From assembly GCA_027923505.1 (NCBI GenBank), contig BROI01000022.1, forward strand, positions 124,001 to 188,000: 64,000 nt of DNA. Direction: 5' to 3'. This DNA is from Mayamaea pseudoterrestris. Taxonomy: Eukaryota. The notes under the pieces are model-generated. The model made no database searches and was not told the origin of the DNA. It saw only the letters and a list, made by a program, of their open reading frames with translations. Made by a program: the position numbers and the translations under genes. This document shows, piece by piece, positions 10,746 through 22,422 of this stretch; positions within the stretch are counted from its first letter, which is position 1, and the number at the start of each line of letters is the position of its first letter.

Positions 10746-11305
10746 CGCCTTCTGCCCATATTGCGCTGCTACGCACTTGCCTTTTTGTTATATTTGTTTT
10801 CGTGATCGCTACCCGTTGGCATGTTTGCCAACTTGATAATGGGCGATACACTGCCACCATGATAAAGTTACAATTTTTAGAAATTACAAGTTAAATGAAT
10901 ACATAACAAGATTTAAAGTTTGCTGTACAGGCTACTTGTCGTCAGTACGGTGAGTTGCAAGGTTGTGCATGGCAGTTAGAATGCTTGCTTCCGAACCAGC
11001 TAGCATGCGACCAGACATCATGCTCATTTCGTCCCGTGCAAATAGGATGTCGGTGCAATGACATCTCGACGAGACTGCAACATGCTTGGGAAGGTCACAG
11101 ACACGAGATTGTTTGAGTGTCGCTAACCTTTATCATATATAACCGCTGTGACGTACATAGAATTTCAAATTTTGTCCCAACGCCCTTCGATCGCGCTGCA
11201 CGAACGACGCCTCTCACAATTTCGGTTGCGACCATGGCGACAATGAAATCGTCAGTCGGCATCCCTACATCGCTGTCAATCAGGCAAAAATACATGTACA
11301 CAGAG

Positions 11306-12788
11306 ATGATTTGCATAAGCAAGGCTAAGTGTCTACGTATTCCGAGATTACTTTGTATCCTGCTGTTCCTTTCGTCCCTCGAGTCGTCAACTGCCATCAT
11401 CCGAGGACAAAGACGAACGCAACATCATGTAAGCAGCAGGCGCTTACAAGGTATGGAATCTGATACAGGAGGAGCTCCTGGTGGTATGGGAATGACAAGT
11501 GAACCAACTTCGGAACCGACCTCTTCGCCGACTATCCAGCCGACTCCAGAGCCGACAACCACTGTGAAGCCTACGCCAGCTCCCACACGCAGACCGACGA
11601 CGCGCAAGCCAACGAGACAACCTTCACCAGAACCAACGACCGAACCATCCATTGGATCTACTGCTGAACCAACCTTAACTCCTACGACATCTCCTACATA
11701 TACACCGACGCTGTCTCCTAGCAGCAGACCAACCTCCACCTTCTCGCCCACGAGCATGGAGCCGACGCTCAGCGCGTCCGTCGTACCTTTGCCCGTCCTT
11801 CAATTCACAGTTCAATTTATCCCTAAGACAACGATTGACGTCTTTGAGGTGGAGTCGCTCGTGGAAACCTTCCTCCGTACATCTTTCAGCAAGGATGCCG
11901 CCTATAAAAGCAATTTCGTGAGTCTGCTAGTGACGAGCAACACGGAGTACGATCGTGAGACGGGCATTGCAGTCATCTCTAGCGGAGGATCCGCTGTATT
12001 TCGAGGACGCGATCAACCAAGCGATGCTGACGTGTCTGAAATATTAATCACCTACTTTTCGTTTTGGGGAGGTAAGATGATATATTATCAATCCTTTTTG
12101 AAATTGACGATTTGCTGGGTGTGCATAGCTGACCCATGTTTGCCATTTGATCTATACCACAGCTTCCGACCTGCAAACGGACATTGGAGAAGGTGGCTAC
12201 CCCGTTCTGGACGTACGCGTCAAAATTGATGGTGTCCGCGTGAAGAGCTCGAAAGAAAACCCTCCCACAAGCGCACCCGTAACGGAATCGTCGACCGCTA
12301 CTTCGTTTACCCCAGGACTAATTGGTGGCGTTGCCGCGGCAGGAGCACTCTGCGTGTTTGCCGCCATTGCCGTGTACATTGAGCACGGTCGTCGAAGGCG
12401 CATCCGACTCGCCAGCGGCGACAAGCAGGTGGAGATTGGCAATTCACACATCAGCAGCGATGAAGAAGACAGTTCGGAGGCGCCCAGTCCACGTATCAGC
12501 AACAGGAGCCGTAAAGTAGCGACACCAAGAGTATATAGCGCGGCCCCGCTGCCGCCACCCTCGGACGATCTCGAAGATATCTCGCTCTCAGGAATGCTTT
12601 CGATGGACGACTCAATGTTCATTTCCGAGAGTGGCCAGTCGCCAAGCGTCATGTCGGAACGTTCGTACGATCTTAGTCGACTGGACATGATCATTTCAAG
12701 CGCCAAGGCGCAATATTGGTCGCCTGATGATGAAGAGCCACAGACACCGAAGCAATCCAACATTGGTCGGCGGCAAAATTCAGATTAA
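11306..12788 (+). CDS. Type I membrane protein with signal peptide, RRL motif and Pro/Thr/Ser-rich stalk; exons 11306-12071 and 12163-12788
   Basis: Hydrophobic N-terminus LLCILLFLSSLESSTA, then SSRRLQ, then PT/SEPT repeats. A phase-1 intron GTAAG...CAG (12072-12162) joins the two ORFs in frame. The TM segment GLIGGVAAAGALCVFAAIAVYI is followed by RRRR. Start uncertain (11294 or 11306). Confidence 0.75.
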
Positions 12789-13438
12789 AAGCTGCTGCGC
12801 ATGGCTAGAGTATATATAATGCAACCTTGCTGTTCCCATTGTTGACGAGCTTTCGACGCTGCATTGCGTGCGTACATTACTTGATAGAATGCAACTAGCA
12901 CTCATTTCCTCTTGGCGACTGCAAAACCATTTTTGAGAGCACAAGTCATGCAGCTCGGGAGTGAATAATCCTAGCACATCGCCGCCATGTGCAGCACCAT
13001 GTACTTTGTCATTAAAGTACAGTAGCTGGCAAGCACGCTCTATCTGCCTGGAAATGCCGGTTTCGAATCATCAGGTGTAGTTGAGGTCTAACATGGGATT
13101 ATGTGGAAGCTACGCTCCGCCGCTGTTGCGCGTTTGCATTCTGATGAAAGCGATGCGAATCTCAAGTTCGCATCGTATCGGCAACGATAAAGATCGTACT
13201 GGTACTGAATCTTCGAAGATTCGCGTGAAAGCGTGCCGCATTGGTTACTTAGATATCCGTTGCGCCGGGCGGCGCTCCAAAAATGCATGGATGCGCACCG
13301 CTCAACTGCCGCGACACGCTTGCATGGATTTCCACTCGCCCGACATTCTCACGAAAGACAGCATCGAACGAAAGCTGGCAGCTCCATCGTCTCGTCAGGC
13401 AGTTAACGTTTCGATTAGTAAAGCAGCAAGGACGCAGA

Positions 13439-14023
13439 ATGGTGGGTTTCACGGATCCTGTCGAAGCCATTCCGATGGAATACTACCCAGCGCCCGACGA
13501 CAACAACAAACATAACAGCCATACCAATACTCCTGGCTTGCCTCCACTGTCACCTCGGACGGCTGAACAGCAAGAAGAAGCAGCCGCGCGGATGTCGAAT
13601 AATAGAGACGTTCCCATGGCGCCCTCGTATACTGACGATGACGAGGAGGAGACGGATGCCGAGGACAAGGAGAGCGTCAAGCGTTGGGACGAAGGAGGCG
13701 ATTCTGACTGCGGATATTCCACCAACATTCACGAAACGCTCATGAGCGTTGGCGCCAAGGTTCATGAATTTGTGGGGGCTCCTTCCATGAAGGTTCACAA
13801 GCTACAGGATGCCATTGGTAATTGGTTCCAGGAATTGTCGTACGCAACGCGTGACATATTGCGAGGCGAAAACACTGACGAAATGCAAAAGGATGCATCC
13901 GATGCCGTTTCGACGCTCTTTTATGGACAAGATGAGACGAATATCGACGAAAAGAAGGTGGATGATGAGCAGACCAATGGATGTGCTGCCTTGGGGGTGC
14001 AGCGAGATGCGGAACTGCTCTAA
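13439..14023 (+). CDS. Hypothetical acidic protein
   Basis: ATG-initiated ORF with protein-like composition and a predicted helical C-terminal half. No family recognised. Confidence 0.6.
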   Translation: MVGFTDPVEAIPMEYYPAPDDNNKHNSHTNTPGLPPLSPRTAEQQEEAAARMSNNRDVPMAPSYTDDDEEETDAEDKESVKRWDEGGDSDCGYSTNIHETLMSVGAKVHEFVGAPSMKVHKLQDAIGNWFQELSYATRDILRGENTDEMQKDASDAVSTLFYGQDETNIDEKKVDDEQTNGCAALGVQRDAELL

Positions 14024-14373
14024 AATTTTGAATGTCATAAACGTATCGAACACTCGACACTGCCAAGCGCCTATAAAGGCTAGCCAATATGTTACAATAA
14101 CTTACTGTGTCACTTTAGTATACATCAAGAGCTTGATGCTGCAATAAAATATGCTATGCGTTGACTTGCTTGGGCGAAGTGATAACAGTTGATGCGTGAT
14201 GCCGTGCCCGTGCCCCATGGTTGGCTTTTCGGACCTACCTTCCGTTTGCCAATGCTTTTGCGATATTACTCTCTCCCGGACATGCAAAAGTAAACATGCA
14301 AAAATATGACTTTAAAGTAAATTGAATAAATAGTCGCAACGACAAGCGATAGTCAAATAACATCAAGCATAGC

Positions 14374-15336
14374 CTACGCCAATGCCGGCAGCGGAGCTTC
14401 TTCATTCGCATTGCCATCAAGCTCTGCCATTGGTACCTTGTTCGTTGTCAAGGAATGATGCTTGTGGCGAACGTAGTAAGTGTAAGAGAGGAAGCAGAAT
14501 GCACCTGAGAAGAATAGTGCAGAAATGACAATGAATGCAACAGGCATCTTCTTGTGACGCTTCTTGTAAGCCTTGACTCGACTAGCATTGGCCGCTGCCC
14601 GACAAAGCTTGCTTTCCGAGCCATAGCACGACGTCGATTCGTCCACCAAGTCTGTGCACGTATCGTCGTAGCTGCAGTCGAATTTGCCAGCTTGAATGGC
14701 GCCAAAGGTTGCATAACCAAAATCTGAAAGGCCCTTGCTTGCCTTGATGAGACATTCATTGTCGTAGAATTGCCCAATAACAAGGACTCCATCCTCGCAC
14801 TGCGGAGCTATATAGTATTGGATTCCGTCGTCAGATTGCTGATCCGACTTTTGGCATTCCAAATACTGCGTTTCGTCTCCGCCATTGGAATTCTGAATGG
14901 ATTGACAAACCGACGAACAGCTGCTGCAGTCAACGCTTCCAGCTGCTCCGTCGTCTCCTTGATTCTCCAAGTTTCTCAGCGACCGTCGACAAGACGCTTG
15001 ACATGATTCGCAAAGATCTTGAACAAGTGTCACGGTCGATTCCAAATAGGTTGAAAGGTCGCTCACGTACGACTTGCAGTCATTGGATTCGTTGCTGCAA
15101 ATTTCGTAGCTCATGTACGTGGAATATTGAGCGCGGTAGGCGCCATTATAAAAGTACGAGTTACCGTCGTCGTCGTTATTCTCTGCAATCTTGATGCGAA
15201 AGCATGGTCCAGACTGCAATCGATATTTCGCGTAACTGTTGGCGTCTTCAAGCCTTCGAGTCATTGACAATGATGCCTCCGAGACTGCTGTCGCCAGCAG
15301 AGACAATTGCAGTATTGATGGTAAAAGCAGCAGCAT
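14374..15336 (-). CDS. Silicanin-like type I membrane protein (diatom silica deposition vesicle family)
   Basis: Signal peptide followed by RRLE. Acidic, N/Q/D- and Cys-rich luminal domain (YVSDLSTYL, CESCQASC, second RNLE, YYIAPQC...IGQFYDNEC). One C-terminal TM helix (VAFIVISALFFSGAFCFLSYTYY) and a short tail, as in silicanin-1. Confidence 0.75.
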   Translation of the reverse strand: MLLLLPSILQLSLLATAVSEASLSMTRRLEDANSYAKYRLQSGPCFRIKIAENNDDDGNSYFYNGAYRAQYSTYMSYEICSNESNDCKSYVSDLSTYLESTVTLVQDLCESCQASCRRSLRNLENQGDDGAAGSVDCSSCSSVCQSIQNSNGGDETQYLECQKSDQQSDDGIQYYIAPQCEDGVLVIGQFYDNECLIKASKGLSDFGYATFGAIQAGKFDCSYDDTCTDLVDESTSCYGSESKLCRAAANASRVKAYKKRHKKMPVAFIVISALFFSGAFCFLSYTYYVRHKHHSLTTNKVPMAELDGNANEEAPLPALA

Positions 15337-15823
15337 CTTGATTGATCCGTTATTAATACCTTTGCCGGCGGCCTCTTGTGAGCTGCTGTACTCTATATTC
15401 AAAGTCTAGCGATCCAAATTTATTCGTCGGAGGAGCCGCCTTCGAATTGAGCACGCGCCATGGTCGGTTGAAACGCGTCCGTTCCATCGCCAGCCGGACG
15501 TGAATTCCGTGTCGCAGCATGATTCATGCTATGCAAGCATCGCCCATGTTGACTTGCTTGCTACCGGTACAAGTAGTACGATAAATGTAGCCGCACATTG
15601 TAGTTGCCATTAACTTGCACTGATAATTCACCCTTGCTATGTCGCTACAGAGAATCAGGCTCAACGAGTCCACATAAATCAGGGTAAATCATAATAGCGA
15701 GCTGTCTGCTCTGATTCTCAAAAATACCGTGATTGCACGTCTACTTCATTATCACTTTCATCCGCTCGTCTCCGACAATATCAACTAATTATAACCATGC
15801 CTCATCTCAATACTTGGTCACAT

Positions 15824-18800
15824 TTAAGCATTCCTCGAAGCATCCTTCGCGCAAGAGCCCTTGCCGCAGCAAGAACGTGCAGGCTCATGTTCTGTCGCCG
15901 TCGCGGCCGACCCCTCAAACGTACCAGGGCTGTGAACATGCCCATGTGCATGCGCGTCACCATGGTCTATCGCCAGACCATCCTTTCCACCTACTGCTTC
16001 TCCTCCGCAGCAAGACTTGATAGGCTCGACCCCTTTCACCGCCTTGGGCGCATCGTCATAGTGACCATGCTCATGCGAAAAGCATCCGTCGACCAACGGC
16101 GCATCCTTATTGCATAACTTTCCAGAGCAACAAGAGTTGGACGATTGGACAGCTTTACTCCCAATCGAATCAGAAGCACCACCGATTTCATGACTGTGGG
16201 ATTGACCTTTGACCGCTAAAGCGTCCTTTTCGCAAGCTCCACCATTGCAGCATGATTTAGCCGGACGAATTGTACTTGTTGCCAAATCATTGAAGACAGG
16301 GGCTTTAACAGCAACTTCTCCGTGATCATGGGCGTGCGAGTGTCTACAAGTGCCAGCAGTCGGAGCGCTCTTGCTGGAATCAGTAAGAGCAAGAGGCTGT
16401 GTTACATCAGCAGGCTTTGACTCGCTTCCGCAACATTTCTTCTCGCATGTCGAATTGATGAAAGCCATTTTCATGTCAGGCGTTTCTGCCTGGTGCGCGT
16501 GTGCATGTCCGTGCGAATGACTCGTGTCAAGAGACACAGGAGCAGGAGTCTTGTCGCATGTTCCGCTGCTACAGCATGGCGTTTTGGATACCCCAATTTG
16601 TTTCGCTTTTACTCCACAGGAAGTCGCATCCGAATTGTGACTGTGATCATGACCATGGCCGTGTGCGTGTGACGACGACGAGATAGAACCAGTCTCCAAA
16701 TGCTTGGTACGGCTCCCGCAACAACTAGTTTCGCCGGCACCATTTTTATCATCACTCGGATGAACTGCTGCCGGTGCCGAGATACCCGCTGATCGACTTT
16801 GGTAGCCATCAATCCCAGACTCCGGATCTCTTGTCCTCTCATCTGCAGAATCAGTCGTTCGTGAATTGCTAGGAAGCAAAAGCATGGAATTGAGAGTCAC
16901 AAGAATCATGGCGCCAACATCGCTTGCAATTGCGGCCCAAAGGCTTGTCTTGCCAATGAGAGCAAACACCAACACAATAACTTTGACAGCAATGCTAAAA
17001 ACAATATTTTGCTTGATCTTGTTGATTACACGGCGGCCCATTTGGATGCAGTATGCTAGCTTTCTCAAATCCGAGTCGAGCAACGTAACATCTGCAGTTT
17101 CCATTGCAAGCGCCGCACCAGCTCCCATAGCAACGCCGACATCGGCGGCCGCCAGCGCTGGCGCATCATTCACCCCATCGCCGCACATCATCGTCAAGCG
17201 TCTAGCGCTACATGGGTTCCCGATGATCGACCGATTAGTTTGCTCGCCACCGCTCATTTCTTTCACCAGCTCGAGCTTCTCTTCCGGGAGCAATTTTGAC
17301 TTGATATTAGCACCTGAAAGGCCAATTTGAGATCCAATGGCAAGTGCCGCTTCTTGATTGTCGCCAGTAAGCATTACGACACGCATGCCTGCCTTCTGCA
17401 AAGCACTGACTACGTCTGGCGCCTCTTTGCGGACTGCGTCAGCGGCGCAAAAAATACATACAATGCCAGCGCCCTCGATGCTCATGTAGCCAATTGTACC
17501 GCCAAGCAGAGCCCAAGATTGAAGCTTTTGTCGGTCAGTATTCGAGAGGCTGTCCAACAGGCCAAGACGTCCAAACATTCTCTCGTTGCCGACGTGAACC
17601 TCGAGGCCATTGACGACTCCAAACAAGCCTTCACCAGCGATCGCGGTATGCTTTTCCACAACTAGATCCCTTGAAATATTAATGTTTTCATTCTTTGCAG
17701 CTTTTAAAATGCTTTGCGCCAGCGGATGGGATGCCCGATCCTCCATGAGAGCGAGATGCTGTAGAATGTCCTTGCGAGTGTATTGCACGCCGATGACGTC
17801 AAGATGGAGCAACGCAAACTCTCCTGTTGTTAACGTTCCGGTCTTGTCAAAACAAATTGACTTAATGAGGCCTAGCGCTTCCAAATATGCACCTCCTTTT
17901 ATGAGTACTCCTTTCTGTGCAGTAGCTGCGAGTCCGGCAACGTATGTAACAGGTGTGGATATGATCAAGGCACAGGGGCATGCTACGACCATCAAAATGA
18001 GACCGTTGTTTGTCCAAAACCGTCCTGTTTCCGGACCAAAAGCCCACGGAATCGATACCATGAAGATGGCAGCAAGAACTACAATCGGCGTGTATATTTT
18101 CGCAAACTCATCAACAAGCTTCTCCGTCTCAGATCGATTCGCTTGCGCTTCTTCGACTAAACGAATGAGCCGCGATACGGCCGAGTTGTCAGCCGTGCAA
18201 GTAGTTCGAATCATCAGCTGCGCCAGACCGCAATTTACAGTGCCTCCAGACACTTCTTCATCGACGCCCTTGACAACAGGGCGCGATTCGCCCGTCAACG
18301 ACGACTCGTCCAGCGTTGACCGGCCTTCAATAATGATTCCATCGCATGGCACTTTTTCACCACTTTTGACAGAAACAATGGCACCCACAGGAACGACTGA
18401 TGCAGGTACAACAACAAGTTCTTTCGTGGATGGGTGAACAATATGGGCCTTGTCAGGACGCAGCTGTACAATGGCCGACAGCGCATGTCTCGCTCGCGAC
18501 GTAGCTCGGACTTCAAGCCATTCAGAAAGGGCAAACAAGAAGACGACAGCCGCAGCTTCCGTGTAGTCTTGCAAACCAACTGCGCCCACTGACGCGAAAA
18601 ACATGAGACAATTGGTGTCAAAGTGAAAGCGGCGAAGCGTTCGAAATGCCTTCAAAGCAATGGGAGGCAAGCCAAAAACAATCGATACGCATCCAACGTA
18701 TTTTAAGTACTCCCTGAGAAGATGAGAAGCAGTAGTGAGAAACAACGGTTCAGGGGCATCATGATCAAGCAAAATCAGCGCTTACCAATTGCCTCCGATG

Positions 18801-20893
18801 TAAGACAACATGGATACAATCCACAGCACACCACAAACAATAACGGCAGGCTTTGGATACACTGATGTATGATCAACAAGCGCTGGGTCAGTCGCTTCCT
18901 CATCAAAAGTTGGCAGATTCCATGTACTAAGATCCGCTCCGTCCATAGATACTTTTGCCTCCAAGCCAGTTTCTTTCTTCAACGCCGATGCAATGTCTTG
19001 CGCCGACAGCGAAAAAGGGTTGTGAAAAACGCTAATTGACTTGGACGGAATGTCAACGACAAATGTTTCAACTTGAGTCGTATCGTACGTTTGCAAGAAC
19101 TGCGTAAATGCTCCTGTATCCGTAGATTCGTCAAGCGAGTCAAATGTTAAGGTTGACCTGACGAACGAGCTATGCTGCTGACGAACCACCGAGCCAGCGT
19201 CAAACTTTAGCAAGGCTCCGTATCCAGCCGCGTTCAGAGCGTCTGTTATATGCTGCGCACTGACAACTCCAAAGACGTGATCGACAAAAACCATTTTCGT
19301 CGTGGCATTGATTGACACATTCGTAACACCCTCCATTGGCTGAACCACCTTGTTGACTGCCGGAATTTCGCTAGCACAACAAATATACTGCACGTAGACT
19401 TGCGATCGTCCAGAGCTTGGCATGTTTGCCGCAAGCGCTGCATCACCATTGGTTAAGATGGTTGCGCCAAAATGCACCCGGTTGAGTGCATCCAGCATGT
19501 CATTTGCCGATGTTGCCCTGGAGTCATGCATGACAATGACTTGCTTGAGCGGAACATTTACCATAACCTTGTCAATACCCGGCATAGGCTCTAGAACCCG
19601 CCTAATCATTGGTACTTCGGAAGAGCAGCAAATTTTGTCGCATGACAAAATGGATCGCGCCAGTGGCAATGTCGCAGTTGCCACAAGCGGCTCAATCGTT
19701 GGAACCGGCACATGAGCCGGCTTGGCAGCCTTGACCGGAGTGGTAGTCGCTGCCGTCGCCGTTTTGAGTGTGTTTTCAACCGTGGCAACGCGACCACTCG
19801 TCTTGGTGTCAAACAAGTTGGGCAAGTGATCAAGGATGCTGAATGGCGTTGGCGAAACTTCGAAAAAGTGCAACTGCACGTGTTTGAAGCTACTGCTGCC
19901 TCGCCTCTTGTTGCGCCACTTGCGTTGACCAACGTTTTGAAAGCGGCCGTGAACGTCATCGGAGCCGCAATCAGCGCAGGCATGCTCCAAATGCAACTCT
20001 CCGGTATCCGCATTATGCACCAGATAGTCCTCGTGATCATCGTGGCGCACCTTGTGTAGGATCCGGCGAGCCTTGGAATTCTTATAAGCCTTGTATGCTG
20101 CTGTTGCCGACGAGCACGTACTATCGTGCTGATGAATCTTTCGACATTTGGCGGCATTGAACCGCTTTTCGATCTCCTGGCTGTTGCAAGCCTTTGGCAG
20201 ACTATCCGAGACTGGAAGTACGAGTAGATTGCAAGCAGCAGCGTCATCTTCTGTCGTGTCAGTCGTTCCAGTCGGAAGCAAGTATAGCGTCTGCGATGCC
20301 AACAATTTTTCCAATCCGTAGCTATCCTTACTACTACTGCTAGTCGTTGTAGTCGTTGCTGTATCGCGCTCCTGTTGCTGCTGATGCGCCGCCAAGCACA
20401 TGTTTCGTAAATGCGCGTGTACATGCGGCGTATCAACGCCACAGAAGCAAGACTCTGCAGGCGTTCCATGGTTTCCATGCTCATCAAAGCAAGGAGTCAT
20501 CCAGTCATCGACTGCTGTAGCTCCATGCGTGCTAAAGCAGAGTTTCTGCTGCTGCAATACTTGAGAGTCCTTGTCGTCGCTCGTTGCATCAGCAGCTGTA
20601 TTTGAAGCCTCATTCGTTTGGTACCGAAAGGTCATGGGGACGCCTGATGCATCGAAAATGACAACGTCTGTTCCATTCTCGCGGACAACGGCGAGACAAA
20701 GGACCGAGTTGCTTTCCTCTTCCTCTGCGTGGTGATGATGATGCGTATGAGAGTGATGATGCTCGGAAGATCGAGTCGTCAGCGTCGGCTCCGAGTCTAT
20801 TGTTCCAGCGCTTTCGCTTCCGCCGCAGCAGCCACTGCTTTTCTCTTGCAATGGCGAGGCTCCATGATGATGGGAGTGACTATGGCCTGGCAT
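15824..20893 (-). CDS. P1B-2-type Zn/Cd-transporting heavy-metal ATPase with long His/Cys-rich N- and C-terminal extensions; exons 20893-18786 and 18713-15824
   Basis: Core motifs TGES, CPC, DKTGT, SHP, MLTGD and GDGVNDAP. Two HMA domains with CCxSE (CCSSEV, CCASEI), as in plant HMA2/3/4. A 72-nt GTAAG...CAG intron (18785-18714) joins the two ORFs in frame (GGNW-EYLKY). Confidence 0.93.
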
Positions 20894-21397
20894 GCTTGCA
20901 ATTCTTAAAAAAGTCACTGCTGATTGTTGAGACGTGAAAGTTGTAGCCTCGTCACAACTTATTCCCCTGCTTTCTTCCCGAATTCGTTCCACTACTCAGC
21001 TATAGATGTAACGCCAAAGGACTGCAAAGCGCTTCTTTAACTTAGATAATACTGAAAAGCTTCTCTTCTTGAAAGTCTGCTGCCTTTTAAAGTGATCTTG
21101 TCGAGGCAAGCCAACCTCAACCACTTGGCATGCGCTGCGAGGTCTGTGCAGGCGCCGCGACACCCCATCTCGCAGGCAACTTGGTGCAATTAGGTCCCTT
21201 TTCAACATGGTTTATCGCAGGATTAGCTCAGTGGAAGAGCGAAACGTTTACACCGTTTAGGTCGGGAGTTCGAACCTCATTGTTTTCAACCGCAGTGTGG
21301 ATACATTCATGTTTGTGGTTGACCAGCACCGCGAAGAAGAAGAACTTGTACTGACGGCCCTCTAGTCCATTGCAGGTGCTCGTTGGCATGATGGGCC
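19548..21397. repeat. Segmental duplication copy 1 (5' ATPase CDS, promoter, tRNA-Val); paired with 22481-24361
   Basis: Colinear and highly similar to 22481-24361, with scattered substitutions and small indels. Confidence 0.93.
21217..21278 (+). pseudogene. tRNA-Val(TAC) pseudogene lacking part of the T-stem 3' side and the 3' acceptor strand
   Basis: Identical to the intact copy at 24154 up to TTCGAACCTC. It is then 12 nt shorter (TCTCATCCTGTA missing), so the acceptor stem cannot form. Confidence 0.8.
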
Positions 21398-21464
21398 ATT
21401 GGTTTGCACCGTGAATGCAGTGAGCCCTTCACAAGGATGCCATCAACAAATGACAGGGATTTAC

Positions 21465-22131
21465 ATGAAGGTGCTCATTTGATGCTTTGATGACTGCATG
21501 CCCTCAACTGGCCAAATTTCCTTTTGTCACTGAGCTACTTGGATGCCATGGAGGGGTTTCACCACACCAGATGAACATATGAGACAAGGGTTTGGCCATG
21601 CAGGTGCTCATAGGATGCTCCATTGGTGCACCAGTGGCCCCTTCTAGGCAGATGACCTTTCCACTGGCGCACAGATGGTTTTCCTTCTCACTGTCACTGA
21701 GCTACTTGGATGCCATGGAGGGGTTTCACCACACCAAATGAACATACAGAACAAGGGTTTGGCCATGCAGGTGCTCATAGGATGCTCCATTGGTGCAACA
21801 GTGGCGCCTTCTAGGCAGATGGCTCTTCAAGAGGCGCTCAGAAGGGTTTTCTTCTCACTGTCACTGAGCTACTTGGATGCCATGGAGGGGTTTTACCACA
21901 CCAAATGAACATACAGGACAAGGGTTTGGCCATGCAGGTGCTCATAGGATGCTCCATTGGTGCACCAGTGGCACCTTCTAGGCAGATGGCCCTTCAATGG
22001 CCTCGTTTCCTTCTCACCGTCACTGAGCTACTTGGATGCCATGACGGGGTTTCACCACACCAAATGAACATATAGGGCAAGTTTGGCCATGTGCTGCTCA
22101 TTGCCATTGGTGCACCAGGCACCTTCTAGGC
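21465..22131. repeat. Short degenerate block (~4 monomers) of the 168-bp satellite
   Basis: Same monomer as the large array, with degraded ends. Confidence 0.92.
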
Positions 22132-22422
22132 GCCATTTGGGCAATGAGTCTCAAGACAGTGTTAATCTTGTAACTTGTAAATCAAATCGTTGCACCTTTC
22201 GCTTGTAGCTGTCCTTGGATGGCCAATCCAAGCTTGCAGTTGCTACAATACGAGAGACGAATAAATCGCTTTCTTAACTCTTCAAGCTTAGTAAGTCTGC
22301 TTGTTTCTACTCTTTATCGCACTAGTTTCAGCAATATGCTTGTTGAATCGCTTCGAAGCCGTCGCTGCCACGCATCACGCGATCGTGAGGCTGTGGTGAG
22401 CCGCGAGTGCCGCTGTGTCACC

